A stretch of DNA of 64,000 bases from Callorhinchus milii (taxonomy: Eukaryota), in NCBI RefSeq assembly GCF_018977255.1, contig NW_024704742.1, positions 84,694,001 to 84,758,000 of the forward strand, read 5' to 3'. Below the pieces are notes generated by a model that was given only the letters and a program-made list of their open reading frames with translations, was not told the DNA's origin and searched no databases. Positions 26,696-40,381 of this stretch are shown here, in pieces. The position numbers were made by a program, and so were the translations under genes. The first letter of the stretch is position 1, and each line of letters starts with the position of its first letter.

Positions 26696-29600
26696 ATACT
26701 CTGCCTTATACTTCGATGTTTACTATGTTTTTTTATATAAAAAAAATATTTTCGTAATCGAATATGGATGTAAGTTGATCGATAGCTCAGGATTCAGTTG
26801 ATATAAAACAGATTTACAACCTTACCAACATTTAGTTTCATCCAAAAAAGGGTGTATTGCCAAATATTAGTGATAACCTCAGACTATATTATTGCTATTA
26901 TCTGAATTATATTTTTGAATTGTGAAAGAACATGTCAAATTGATGAAAAATCATTGGTTGCTTATTCACTTTATATATAAATATTAATATATAGAGAGAG
27001 AAGATATGAAACGCCAACATTGCTTTGTGCAGGATTGATTTGTGCACTGATGCTTGTTCACTGTAGTGCTTGTAATTTAACTTAATATGCTTAGAAGGAA
27101 TCAAAATGTGCAACATTCAGCCATTGTTGGCTTTTCGGATTTTTAGACTGGATGTAAAACAGAATATCACAGCCCGGATGGTAGAATCTCATGGGTACCT
27201 GCTCCTTAGGTTAAAGCTGATTTTATATGTTATGTTTAGCTTTTCACAAGCACACAACTGATTTGTGAATCTAAGTTATTGTTTGCATTAATCTTATTTA
27301 TTGCTTGCATCCCCTTAATACACGGCGTCCGTTTGGGTGCAATAATTATATTTTTAGAGCCCTCAACTTCAATTTGGTCACCATTGATTTCACCAGTGTA
27401 CATTTTTCATTTGGTAGGTGAAGGTGCTAGGTCCTGATACAGTGATTCTGGGTGCCATCCTTTTGCTTTGTCTCATAAGGGCATTTTAAAATAGGAAACT
27501 GGAAGAGAATGCCTGTAATTCTACAGTAAACCTCCGCACATCTGGACATCAGCTGTTCATTAATGCTCTATTCATGTTTACAGTGTTGGTGTCAAAGATT
27601 TGATAGCATTCAAAACAATAATGTTAATATAATTTCCCACTGCTAAGTAGATTTTTTGTCTTTGATATTGTCCATTCTTGTTCATTGTTCATTAAAAGTA
27701 ACAATTTGTTTTTAATAATAGCTACATGTTAACAAACACCGACCTGTATTATGACATTTGGGATCCCATTCTGCAGGCATCAGATATGTTCTTGTGCAAC
27801 TTAACATCCTGGAGTTTGTGCAAAGCTTACGTTGATGTTCTCTCCTCCGCGGTGATAGATATGGAGCAATTAGCATAGCTGACTCCTGGTCAATGCATAA
27901 ATGGCTTGTAAGAAATGTTATGGTTGGAACAGTATTTTTTACATAATATTATAGATGAGATGTTACTGTGTATTGAACAGCTTATTTTGGTCAGGTAATA
28001 TACGTTCAGACTAGTGTATCAGTGCTAGATGGAACTTGTTTAGTTAATAAACAATGTTATGCCCAATGCATGTAATTTTGCCACAGTGTGTGCATCCATC
28101 CTATGGTTCAAGCCACCAAATTTGACCTGAGAAGTTCAGGGAGCACATTCCCATTTTGTGAAACAATTTTTAGCTGCAGAATCTTTGAAGAACGAACCTC
28201 TTAATTTGAGGAAGAAATACAAATTGAACTAAAAAGTGTATTTTGCTTTTTTAAACAATTGTATTTTGTACTCTTTTTGAGTAGCAATGTTTACATAAAA
28301 ACACAGAAGCAGATATTAAACACAATTGGTTTGACAGCATGTAATTGATTAATTTTTGTGTAAAACTGGTCATAGAGAATTTTTTGCACTGCTGATCTAT
28401 TCGTGAGGTTAATCTTTTCTGGTAGGTCTCTCAGAACCCTTTTAAATGGGTAATTTCAAAATGTCTGCTCTTCATGTGCACTGATTTCAGAAAATGATGG
28501 ATGTGTTCAATACTGACCTTGCAGAATTGGTTTTGTAGTGATTGTTTCTATGGGCATCAATTGTATTTTACATTACAATGTGTGGTTGTGCTTGACTGGC
28601 AAACTGAGAGAAACAATAAACATTTTGCTTTATACCAGTAAAACATGCTGTCAGAGAATTCGTTCCAGATTTTGACTTGGAAAACATTGCCGTGTTCAGC
28701 CTTTAAACAGGAACAAACAGAAAATAGTCAGAAGCAAAGTACCACAATTGTTCAATCTGAACTGGTTGTCCAGGTTACTGAATTTACCAATATTGGGTAA
28801 TTTTATTTGAGTAGAAATAAAGTTCCACAATCCCTTAATCCAGTAATTCAAATTGATAATGCAGAACACTGGGAGGGTGGAGTATATTGGAAGCAGTTAC
28901 AAAAGGCTTCATATGTCCTAAATTGTGAAGATTGAGTGTCTGGTTAGATAACTAATACTGGAGCCTGAATTATTATCTGTAGTCCTGTCTCAAGCTTTTG
29001 AGCCATTTTGATTTTAAAATACCTTTGCTGCTCTGGGATGATCTATAAAGAATATCAAAATGGTGCTTTACCTCACATGAAGTTGGGCTCTTTCACAGAA
29101 AAATAACAAAAGAAACAAACAATGTTGCACTGTTTACACTCTTATGATCAATATTCATTCAATTTCTTATTGAAACATGGTTTGGACTCTTACTGCTAAT
29201 TCATGACATTTAACTTATCTAACATGATTTTTTTAAAAAATGTGTTTTTGGAACAACAATTTCTGCATCCTGTTGCGCTTTTAATTAGTCGAATAGAAAC
29301 TTCTGTTATGCAGAGGTTTTAAATTACACTTGATGAGCAGCAGTTTTTAATGTAATGCTTCTAAATACATAATTATGATCCGGAGCGTTGATGTTTTTAT
29401 CTTGTAAACTTCCCAATCTATGTACAAAATATTGTATTTTTTACATAACTATCAAAGCTATTTTGGATGAATGTTTTTAAAAAGCTTTCAAAGATATAAC
29501 ACCCCTTACTGTCTCTGAGACCATATGTTGCTCTATTTGACAGTGTTTTCGTATTCTTTGGTACAGGAGGCCTCTGAAAGCTTCAAAAATGGTGTTCAAC

Positions 29601-31057
29601 TCAAGTGGAATATTAACTGCAACCCAAATACAGCCTGATCACTATTTCTTTTAATGATAGTTGATTTTTATCCCTTTTTTAAATGACTCTGCAGAGTTTT
29701 GTGATAAACATGCAATCTTCCTAGGAAAAGGGATAAATATCACTATTTTCACCTGTAACTTTTGGAGTGTAATGTCAGACTATTCTTTTTCTACCTTTTT
29801 GAATAGAAAGTATTAGGACAATCCTATTTGTTAATTTCTTAGTCAGTAGATTAAAAGTGTTGACAATTCTGCCGATTGTGCATATTTCCACATTTTATTT
29901 AGAAAAGATCCATTAGTGCAGTGTGTCCATGTGCAAACCTCTTAAATTGAGTAAATAATGGTTAAATCAATTTAACTTATATGGACAAACTTGGAAAATA
30001 CAAAAAATATTGCAGAACCACAGTTTTGATACAACTCCAAAATTGAAAACATAAAAAGTAAATATAATAAGGTGCATATCAGATGAACTGCTGGCAGAAC
30101 CAAAGCAATGAGGCAAACAGTCTGAGTAAACTGTCCATGGTGTGCAATGCCATTGCGGGGACATTGAGGAATTGAATAAAATTTTAGCGCAAGAATCCAC
30201 TCTTCAAACTTTCTGGGGCCAGAAACTATAAAGAACAAGCTAATCCCTTCTTATTAGCACTAATTAGTTTACTAGGTTTGCATCCATACCTGACTGCGGT
30301 GACATTCAGATCCATTACCTCAAAGTACAGTACCTATTTCCAATAGCATTACAGTAATAGCAACTTGCAGTAATGCTGAGATGCAATGCTCTACTTTTAA
30401 TGGCTATATTTGTGCTAACTTTATTGGCACACTCTATTCCATTATTGTCTTAATACTGGTTTCCTTCCTCAAGGACTACTCTTCAGTTAGCAGGTATGCG
30501 AATCGATAAAAAGTTTGATATCATTTTGTTTCACCTTCATGTCAACTGATAAAGTTAGATTCCATAGTGCTTGATCTCACCAGTCTTACTAATTGCCTGT
30601 CTACAGATCTTTTGGTCAGAAGCATTTTGATATACAAAAGTATAATTCTGTATCTGAAAAGTATAATTCTATATTGGATACAACTAAAGACAAAAGTCTG
30701 AGAGGGGATGGGAAATCTATGCTGTAATCTTATGACGTGAAAACTGCTCTGTTTTGTACATTTAAAGTAAATTCTGTGCATTGACAGATGAAGACTGTGA
30801 TTACTTTTGTATTTTTGGTGCCATTATCGCATTGATAATTCTTGCTTCAGTGAGTATCCTTTGTTAATAATGGAGTAAATAATATTCAAAGTCTCTATAA
30901 GAAGATTGAAGATCTTTTGTATAAGGTGTAAGTAGCTACCTATTGTTTGCAATTCTTTTGCATCTAACCATTTCTGAATCGATTTGCTATTAATTATTCT
31001 GGTTTATTATTATTTTGCACCAATATTTGAATTGGTTATTAACTTCTTCAGAGTATT

Positions 31058-32410
31058 TCAACAACAACAACAACAAGATTCCATTTATTGAGCGCCTTTC
31101 ACGTCAGGAGGACGTCCCAAGGCGCTGTACAGTTGGGTCAGGACCCGAGCAGGGGGGAAATGGTCAGGGGGAGGGGAGGGAAGGGAGGGAGCGAGGAGGG
31201 GGTAGAGAGTCGAGAGGGGAGCTGAAGGCACGGTCAAAGAGAAAGGTCTTGAGACCGGCCTTGAAGGAGGAAAGGGAGGAGGCGGCGAAGGCACTGGGGG
31301 ATAGAGTTCCAGAGCCTCGGGGCTGAGAGGCTGAAGGCCCGGCCACCGATGGTAGGGCGGTTGGGGCGGGGGATGTGGAGCAGACCGGAGCCAGAGGAAC
31401 GGAGGGTACGGGCGGGTAAGTAGGGGGATAGTAGGTCGGAGAGGTAGGAGGGAGCGAGGCCGTGAATGGCCTTGTAGGTGAGGATGAGGATCTTGAAATC
31501 AATCCTCTGGGGGATGGGGAGCCAGTGGAGGCGAGCGAGGGTGGGAGTGATGTGGTCCCGAAGCCTGGTGCGGGACAGTACACGAGCTGCAGAGTTCTGA
31601 ATGACCTGCAGCTTGTGGAGGGAGGTGCCGGGAAGGCCGGCGAGGAGAGAGTTCCCATAGTCCAGCCTTGAGGTGATAAAGGCGTGGACCAGAGTTTCAG
31701 CAGCGTGAGGGGTGAGGTAGTGCCGTAGTCTGGCGATGTTCCGGAGGTGATGGAAGGCGGTGCCAGTTGTGGTGCGGATATGAGGGAGAAAGGACAGCTC
31801 AGGGTCGAACAGAACCCGAGGTTCCTGACGGCTTTGAGAGGTGGAGAGTGCAGCCTTGGATGCTGATGGTGTCAGCGCCTGAGGTGCGGAGGCGCTGACG
31901 TGAGCCAATCAGGAGGGCCTCAGTTTTTCGCACGTTGAGCTGAAGAAAGTTGTCTCTCGTCCAGGACTCGATGTCGGACAGGCAGCTGTCAGGACATCGG
32001 TGGTCGTGGAGTTGAGGGTAGAGGAGGAAAGGTAGAGTTGGGTGTCATCCGCATACATGTGGAAGTTAACCCCATGTCTGCGGATGATGTCACCAAGGGG
32101 GAGCATATAGAGGGTGAAGAGGAGGGGACCGAGGACAGAGCCCTGAGGGACACCACACGAGACAGTGCGGGGGGTGGAGGAAAAACCATTTGTGGAGACA
32201 AAGTGAAGACGGTGGGAGAGGTACGACCTAAACCACTCAAGGACAGGGCCTTGAAGGTTTAGGTGGGAGGACAAGCGGTGGAGGAGGATAGAGTGGTCGA
32301 CCGTATCGAATGCTGCCGATAGGTCGAGGAGGACGAGGAGGCAGAGGGAGCCCTGGTCACAGATGGTCAGGATGTCATTTGTGACCTTGACCAGGGCGGG
32401 TTCTGTGCTG
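31058..32410 (-). mobile_element. L2-clade LINE, 5'-truncated (RT C-terminal part + 3' tail)
   Basis: [65 protein letters not shown]; (GTT)n tail; frameshifted. Confidence 0.93.
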
Positions 32411-34188
32411 TGCTTTCCTTTTATCTGTTAACGCATTTGAAAATATTTAGATTTTTTTAAAATAAAAGTGCTTTTAATTTGCAAATTATAATTGACACTG
32501 CAGATAGAATACTAAAATATACATTATTCGGATGACCTAACAATATTTCTATTTTTCAGCTTCATAACTTTTTAGAACATTTTATCAATATTCCAACATA
32601 TCTTCATACACCTGTTCAGAATTGGTACACAATTGACAAATACATTTTTGGAGTGCATGAGATTAAAGGCCTGTATGTGTTGCACAGAACTTCTATGGCG
32701 TGATGATGCAAATTCCATGTATATATCTTAAGGCAAAAGGGATTGTAGTAATATTTTTCAATGTTCCAAACAGGAACTGGTATGAAACTGATCTGAAATT
32801 CCTGGCGAGCTAACTTTGATATTCCACTTTTTAATGCAGTATTTTGAAATGGACAATAGTATGAAAGTCTCTACAAGTGAAAATATAGTTTGTGGAAATT
32901 AGTGTTTTCGGACCAGTTACATTTTAAAAAATGAAAGTCGTGTGAAATATTCTGCACGTATCACACAATAGCCTTTCTGAACTATTTAAAAGACACGATG
33001 GGCTGAATGCCCTCCTCCTGTGCTATATGATTCTATGATACTTGTTAATGACACTGGATTGTAACATCTATTTGCTAATTGTAAAGTATGATTTGCTTTT
33101 ATTCATTCTGTTTGGTACAATGTTTTATCGTGTCTACTATTTGTCTTTGAAAAATAAAGGAATATTTCTGTATATGTCATTGAAATTGTGCCTATATATT
33201 GAATATTTATCAGTGGTAGATCAATAATGAATTTGTCACTTTTGTGAGATTCCTGCCTAATTTGAACTCCAGTTATCATTATCATCCTTCCAGCAACTAC
33301 AAACTGTATTGATTGCAGTACTCTCAAGTTTCTGGCACTATAGCAACACCCTGCAGTCCAAATCAAATAGTTCATCTGATGCTGTACATTTCTCTTGACA
33401 ACAACCAGAAAATACCAGCGAATTTGCAAAATGTAAATCAGGACACAGTAAAAAGCAGAAACTAGTAAAATAATCCCTTAAAGTTAGTATTTAAATTTTG
33501 AAGATGAACTCAATAATGAACTATCCTTCAAGGAAGGGGTTTTGCCCACAAAATTTACAGTCAATTCACCTTGCAGTATATTCTGTGAAGCGCTTTGAGA
33601 CATCGAAGATGTGATAAGGCACTATATCAAATGGATTATTATAATAGTCCAGAAAGCAATTTACATAACAGAATCTCTTAAGTGCCCCAGGCACCAGTTG
33701 AACTAAATTCACAACAGGCAGTCCTCAGATAACAGAATGTAACTAAGTTACAAGCTATCACAGATGGAAGCCTTAACACTTCATGCAGTGTTACAATCAT
33801 GCGGATATTAATTTCACTAAATGGTTTGTATCACACTGAGGTGAACTTACAAGAAATTTCATATTTCTTCAATGAGCCCAGGGTTTTGGCCTCTATCGGT
33901 CTTCTGGTAATATGTTCCAGCTATTGATTATCTGTGGGTAAAGAAATACTTCCTGGTGATTGTTCTAAAATTCTCTTTCAGGGTCTATACCCATTCCCAC
34001 TTGTCCTGCTATCTCGGCATATCTGAAAGCATTGTTCCACATTTACTTGAGCTGTCAGCTGGCTGATATTGGCGGATAGTCTTACTCGCACGATAAGTGC
34101 AAACGTGTTTTCAAAGGATTAGATTTGAACAAAACCACCCTTCAAGAAAGAGTTTTACCAAAGCACTGCTGATGACAGCACAGCCAGT

Positions 34189-34620
34189 CTGGCTCATTGG
34201 CAGGCCCTGGAAGGGCAGACCAGTCACTGGGGACAGGGAATCATCCCACTCAGCTCTCATTAACCCTGCAGGCCAAAGCCCTAACTGGTAGGGTGGTCCC
34301 AGCTGGACCAGCAGCGGGAAAGCTTGCTGGACAGCGATATCAATGGCAAGCTATGCAGTTTTAGCTGGTTAGACTCCAGCAGTACCCAACACACACTCCG
34401 GGGTCCCCAAGCCTTGGCTCTTGCCAACCTGCGCCTAATACTTTCCGGAATTATGTAAGCAGGATGGGTTCCTGCAGAGAGAGAGTGTCCATTCCATTCC
34501 AACAATCTCCCTCTGGGATTTCCACGTGTGGATAGGATGCATGGAAATCTCAGCTTGGTTTGGATACTCTTAAATATAGTGATGGGTTTCAGTAAGTGTC
34601 AGACACGCCGCTGTCCAAAA
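34189..34620. repeat. Unclassified ~430-bp repeat, copy 1 (GNG10 upstream region)
   Basis: Colinear similarity to 36630-37055, e.g. shared agcagcgggaaagcttgc, caagctatgc, gttttagctggttagactc, ggatgcatggaa, gtgtcagacac. Confidence 0.85.
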
Positions 34621-34954
34621 AAAAGTGAACCTATCTCTCACAGCATTCAGATGTCCCTCTCGCTCTCTCCCCCTCCCCGGGGCACAGTGCTTTGCTGCAG
34701 CCTTGCTGTTAGTCTGTAGGTGGCAATGTGAGTGCCTGTTGCCGGGCCCCATCTTGTGTTCACACATTGCTAATGTTTGCAGTCAGTGGGACTGTTGTGC
34801 TTGGTTTTGCTGGATCCGGGTGACATCAGTTCCGAGAGTGGGAGCCAGCAGGAGCGTTGCTGAGAAGCGCATTTCATCCAGAAAAAGCAGCCAAGGCCAG
34901 AGGTGGCTCCAGTGAAACTTGGTGGAAAAGAAGGGAAAAGGGAAAGGAATAAGC

Positions 34955-35035
34955 ATGTCCTCCAACTCCAGCCTGTCCACCATGCAGCGGTTAGTGGAGC
35001 AGCTGAAGTTTGAGGCGGCAATTGAGAGGATGAAG
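34955..35035 (+). CDS. GNG10: G protein gamma subunit 10, coding exon 1 (81 nt)
   Basis: [27 protein letters not shown], donor GTGAGT; G-gamma N-terminal helix; lies downstream of DNAJC25 as in human. Confidence 0.92.
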
Positions 35036-35077
35036 GTGAGTGAAATGTTACAAAGGAGCAGCCTGAGCCGTGCTGTG

Positions 35078-35608
35078 TGAGGCTGGGAGCAGCCAGGCTG
35101 GGCTGGGCTGGGAGCAGCCAGGCTGGGCTGGGCTGGGCTGGGAGCAGCCAGGCTGGGCTGGGCTGGGAGCAGCCAGGCTGGGCTGGGAGCAGCCAGGCTG
35201 GGCTGGGCGCAGGCAGGCTGGGCTGGGCTGGGCTGGGAGCAGCCAGGCTGGGCTGGGCTGGGCTGGGGGCAGCCAGACTGGGGCTGGGCTGGGGGCAGCC
35301 AGGCTGGGGCTGGGCTGGGGGCAGCCAGACTGGGGCTGGGCTGGGAGTAGCCAGACTGGGGCTGGGGGCAGCCAGACTGGGGCTGGGCTGGGAGTAGCCA
35401 GACTGGGGCTGGGCTGGGGGCAGCCAGGCTGGGGCTGGGGGCAGGGTTGGAGGTGAGGCTGGGGCTGGGGGCAGGGTTGGGGGTGAGGCTGGGGCTGGGG
35501 GCAGGGTTGGGGGTGAGGCTGGGGCTGGGGGCAGGGTTGGGGGTGAGGCTGGGGCTGGGGGCAGGGTTGGGGGTGAGGCTGGGGCTGGGGGCAGGGTGGG
35601 GGGTGGGT
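35078..35608. repeat. G-rich minisatellite in GNG10 intron 1: (GGGCT)n/GGGAGCAGCCAGGCT block followed by 6 x 30-bp AGGCTGGGGCTGGGGGCAGGGTTGGGGGTG (35426-35605)
   Basis: Visible; starts ~45 nt after the exon-1 donor. Confidence 0.96.
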
Positions 35609-36629
35609 TGCGGTGATTTATTACTGAATCTTGAAGGTTAGGGTTAGGGTTTTATATCTTATGTGTTTGGTTGGGATTCGGGGAGTTTGTGAAGATACAC
35701 CATGTAATTGATGCCCAGTATTCTGCCGCCCCGTTCAGTGCACTCACTCACTCATCAGGAATACAGGGCATTGCTACAGTATCTGCTTTGTGTAGCCTTT
35801 AGCTACATATTCCTAACGTTAGATGTATAGGCTTAGGCACCAGTCAGTGTTTCAGAAGCATCCTGTTATTCTTAAAATCTGGAAACGTTTCCTTGAGTAT
35901 TTTCAAATGGCTTTAAAATACAGTAATTTGCCTCTTAACTCATTTTAAGAAGGCTGCTGCCATTTCTGGATATCAATGTTTTATTTCATGTCTACAAATG
36001 TTCTACAGCAGAACTAACCCTGATCAGTGCTACGAAGACTGAAGGCTAACTTTACACCGGAATCTGGTCACTTCAACAACCATTAATGGACAGGTTGTGT
36101 TAACATGGAGATAAAAAGAGTATTTGAGCAATGGGAAATGGCCCGTGGGTAGATGTAGTGCAAAGGGAGAACAAAGAAGTGAGGAGACTGCTGAGTGGGG
36201 CGGGGAAGAGAGAACAGACATCTCTCTACACTTTAAGGTGCTTGATGAGCAACAGAGGAAGGCAGGTCCCAAATCATGTAAATCTATCCACAAGAAGGAT
36301 TAAAGTGCGGATACTTTAATATGAAAGCATTCAAAAGTATTTAAGCATATATAAATTTGTGCAAAAATGAAGCAATCTGCAAATAATAATAATCGTTGCA
36401 TTTGATGTAGTGCCTTATTACGTCATTGAGATTTCTCAAAGCACTTCACAGAATATATTGTAAAGTGGATTGACAGTGTATTTTGTGGGTGCATACCAAC
36501 TTGCACTTATACTGCACCTTTCAGGTTACGTAATGCCTGGAAGTGTTCTGCAGACAGAATGGTTTCCTACTTACAGACCTCTCTCCAGGTTCATAAACCT
36601 TTCTAAGTATTAATTTTTCACATATTATC

Positions 36630-37055
36630 CTGGCTCATCCCTGCCCCAGTGGAAGTGCAGACCAGCCACTGGGGCAGGGAATCCTCCCACTCAACTATTG
36701 TTAACCCTACAAATCAAAGCCCTAGCAGGTAGGATGGTTGTAGCTGGACAAGCAGCGGGAAAGCTTGCCAGACAATTCTTTCAATAACAAGCTATGCGGT
36801 TTTAGCTGGTTAGACTCTAGCAGTGCCCTAATGCACACTATGGGGTCCACAAGCCTTAGTTCTTACCAGCCTGAGATTAATACTCTCCAGAATTAGGTAA
36901 AGCAGGATGTGTACCTCGAGGATGAAAGTGCATATTTCATTCGAGACACGGGAATTTCTACATGGAGGTGGGATGCATGGAACTCTCATTCTGGTTTAGA
37001 TATTCTTAAGCTTGGTGATAGGTTTCCACATGTGTCAGACACCCAGTGACCAAAA
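36630..37055. repeat. Unclassified ~430-bp repeat, copy 2 (GNG10 intron 1)
   Basis: Same orientation as copy 1; contains a perfect 15-bp inverted repeat at 36638-36680. Confidence 0.85.
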
Positions 37056-40000
37056 ATCTGTTTTTCACATTGTCATGTGACTTCTATAAATTGATGGCTT
37101 CTTACAAGCCTTCACCCACAAGTGAAGCCAAAATCCATAGGAAAAAAAACAGCACAAATGTGTACTGCAGTAATTTAAAAATAATAATAACGTTAAAGTG
37201 TAATTTTTGTACCCTGAAAATGGTTATTGTATCTATAGACAGAAGCAGCAGCTAGTTTGCACTCAGCAGCCCTAAAATTAATGATCAGTTTGTCTTCAGC
37301 ACTCTTCAACTCAAGGCAAAGGGAGAAACTCCTTTCTCTTTTTGAATAGCATCATGCGTTCTTTATCATCCACCCAAACAGGTTTTATAGGAGTTTTATT
37401 ACTGTGTACAACAAGAACAACTTATATAGCATTCTACTTCACACCAATGATGTTGGAGACCAAGGAAGCGGAGAGGGGGGTGACCACAGCATAGCCTTAT
37501 CATGTCATTGAGATGTCTCAAAGCACTTCACAGAATATACTGGAAAGTGAATTGACTGTATATTTTGTGGGCGAAACGCAATAGCCAATTACTCCCAGCA
37601 GTATCCCACAAATAGTCGTGGATTAAGTGACCAAGTTATTAAAAAAATGTTTTGAGGTATTGTTACCCAGAAAGTGATCTGCTAATCGACTAACAACTGG
37701 GTTCCTACTTACTGCTACGTAAACAGAGGCATGTGGAGTAAAGAAACTTGGCCATGAATCAAACCCAAGTCCTCTCACTTGCAAATTGCATGCGCTGTCC
37801 GCTATGCTATGGGACTTCACAATTTTTAATAATAATCCTTGCATTTGATAGAGCGCCTTATCACATTGTTGAGATGTCTCAAGCGCTTCACAGAATATAC
37901 TGGAAAGTGAATCGTCTGTGTATTTTGTGGGCAAAACGATTTAAAGACAGTTTGTGAAGGAGTGAGATGGAGGGATAGGGGGAGGGAGTACTAAAGGGTG
38001 GGAGCTTAGTTTCTCAAGATTCGGCCACTGACGTGGAGGTGGTGGGGGATGTGCAGCAAGCCGAGGTTTGCTAAGCAAAGGGGTGAGAAGTGTAAGTTAA
38101 TTGAGATACCTGATGCTGTGGCGTGAGGGATTTAATTCTAGATGATGGTGAAGCTCTTGAAAGTGGTATGTTTACGTTTTGCTGAAACAATTCTTTTGGG
38201 GTTTCATACGAGTAGATCCCCCTCCTTCAATTTGTTAATACCTTCCTGTATTGTGGGGGGTGGGTGGGGAGGAGACTTTGAAGAAATATCAAAGGCTCCT
38301 ACTCCCCCCCCCCCCCATTTCCACATACACGCGCGTATACGTACACACATACACGCATACAAACACATACATGCACACACCACGCTGGGGATGTGATCTA
38401 AGAAGTTTTTCTAAACATACCAATGAGAAAACAAAATGTATTTCTTGTTCAGCCAGGAACAATGTTCAGATTAAGTGCACAGAATGCACCCCAAGAGAAA
38501 GATTGACGGTGGGGGTCAGAGGCCAGCGGCCCTTAACATAATATCAGGGTTTGAAGAAATTATAAACTATTGGAGCTTTGATCTCATTCTTTGGCGTCAT
38601 CTGGGGCCTGTCTGTCTGCCAGTTATCTGTGTACTCTTTCTCTCTAAAGGAGAGGAAATAATTGGCCCTGTGTCTGGCCTCTGTCAGAGCTGCTGTTTTG
38701 TTTATTCCTGGCTTTTGCGGGGAGTGAGGTGTGACTCACTATTGCCTGCTCACATCCTCCTTCCCTCTCTCCCTCTCCTTCCCATCCAGCCACTCCCGGA
38801 ACGCTCCTTTCAACAAAGTGCAGCTTTGAACTTTAGAGGCTGATTTTAATCATTAAAAATCGTGGGCGGCAATTTTGAAGGAGCTCTTCCTACCCCCACA
38901 CACATATACATACACAATTCTTTCCACAATCCTAATGTACAATAAATTGTAACACACTCCCACCTCAAAAAAAGTCTGCAATAGTGGGGATAATAATAAC
39001 AATCCTTATGTTTGATATAGCGCCTTATCACGTCATTGAGACATCTCAGAGGACTTCGCAGAATATATTGTAAAGTGGATTGAATGTGTATTTTGTGGAC
39101 AAAACTCAGCATCCAATTGCCCACAGCAGTGTCTCACAAACAGTCGTGGATTAAGTCACCAAATAGTTTTTTGATGATGGGTTGTTCCAACTGTTCAGCG
39201 AGCAGCGGGTTGTGAGTTTGAGATTGATTCCTTATGGAGCAATTTATTAATCCAGAGGAACTGTATAGCCTATAAAAAGGGGAGGGGGCGGGAGAGAGAA
39301 AGTAACTTTGATTGAGAGTGTGTACTTACTACTCAGAGTGAAAAAGACAACATTGAGCTTTTCAAGTACAGTAGACCTGCTGCAGGTGGAAATGCAAATA
39401 CTGATAGTTCAGTGGCTAAAATGGTGTAGGAATGTTGGCGAGCTACGCAGTGGATGTTAATACCTGATACTATGTCGTAATTTGTTAACTTAGCAAGACA
39501 GTATTCAACAACAACTTGCATTTATGCAGCACCATTCACATGGGGTCGGGTCTCATAGTGCTTAACAATAGTGGAGTTTGACACCAAGCCGGTGAGAAAG
39601 GAATATGACTAGGCACATAAAAGAGGAAAATCTTCTGTTGCGACTTTGAAGACCAATAAAGAAGGGGAAAGGAGGAGGGATTGAGGCAAGGGGTTCTAGA
39701 GATTCAGGGCTTAGCGGCTAAAGGCATTGCCACCAAATTTAGGGAAATGAGAATTTTTTTAGATGTCACACATGAAGTGGATAAACTGAAACTGTGTACT
39801 TCTGTAGACAATCCACCACCAATATCTTCACCCACATCATACTGCACATGCCCATTACCCTAGTCCTCGCCAGGCTCCACTGTCTGCTAGCACAGGGTTG
39901 TCCATTACTTTAGACACTAGCCACATGTGGCAAATTGGGAATCCAGATACTGCATTTTTGATTAGTAAATAAAACATTAATGTTAGATACCATCGTTGGG

Positions 40001-40057
40001 AATGTGATCTCAATACTCAGACTTCCATAGCATATGCATGTGTACTTTGAGCCTTTT

Positions 40058-40381
40058 GGAGTCCTGTAGCTCAGTGGTTAGAGCACTCGCTTTGCAAGCA
40101 AGAGACCTGAGTTCAATTCCAGGCAGAGGGTGAAACCTTGGGCAAGTTTCCTTACTCCACAGAGAGCCTAATAATAATCCCTCCAAAACCAAAAACAATA
40201 ATAAATTGGTCATTTTTAATCTAAGACTGTTTGTGGGACATTGCTGTGCGCAATTGGCTGTTGCGTTCGCCCACAAATATACAGTCAATTCACTTACAGT
40301 ATATTCTGTGAAGTGCTTTGGGACGTCCTCCCGACGTGAAAAGCGCTATATCAAATGCAAGGATTATTATTATTATTATTA
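40058..40381 (+). mobile_element. Young full-length tRNA-derived SINE in GNG10 intron 1
   Basis: ggagtcctgtagctcagtggttagagcactcgctttgcaagc...aaatgcaagg(att)n. Confidence 0.92.

Noticed and set aside
34189..34620. Telomerase RNA (TAACCCT, cagcgggaaagc, terminal ACA)
   Set aside because: Template shorter than 1.5 repeats; no recognisable pseudoknot, CR4/5 or H-box by eye. Rfam cmscan would settle it.
35720..35765. Hammerhead ribozyme core (CTGATGAG on minus strand)
   Set aside because: No stem II or downstream GAAA.
40058..40131. tRNA-Ala(TGC) gene (also 3520-3591, 10318-10389, 19975-20047)
   Set aside because: No pairing acceptor stem and continuous with SINE body and tail; these are SINE heads.
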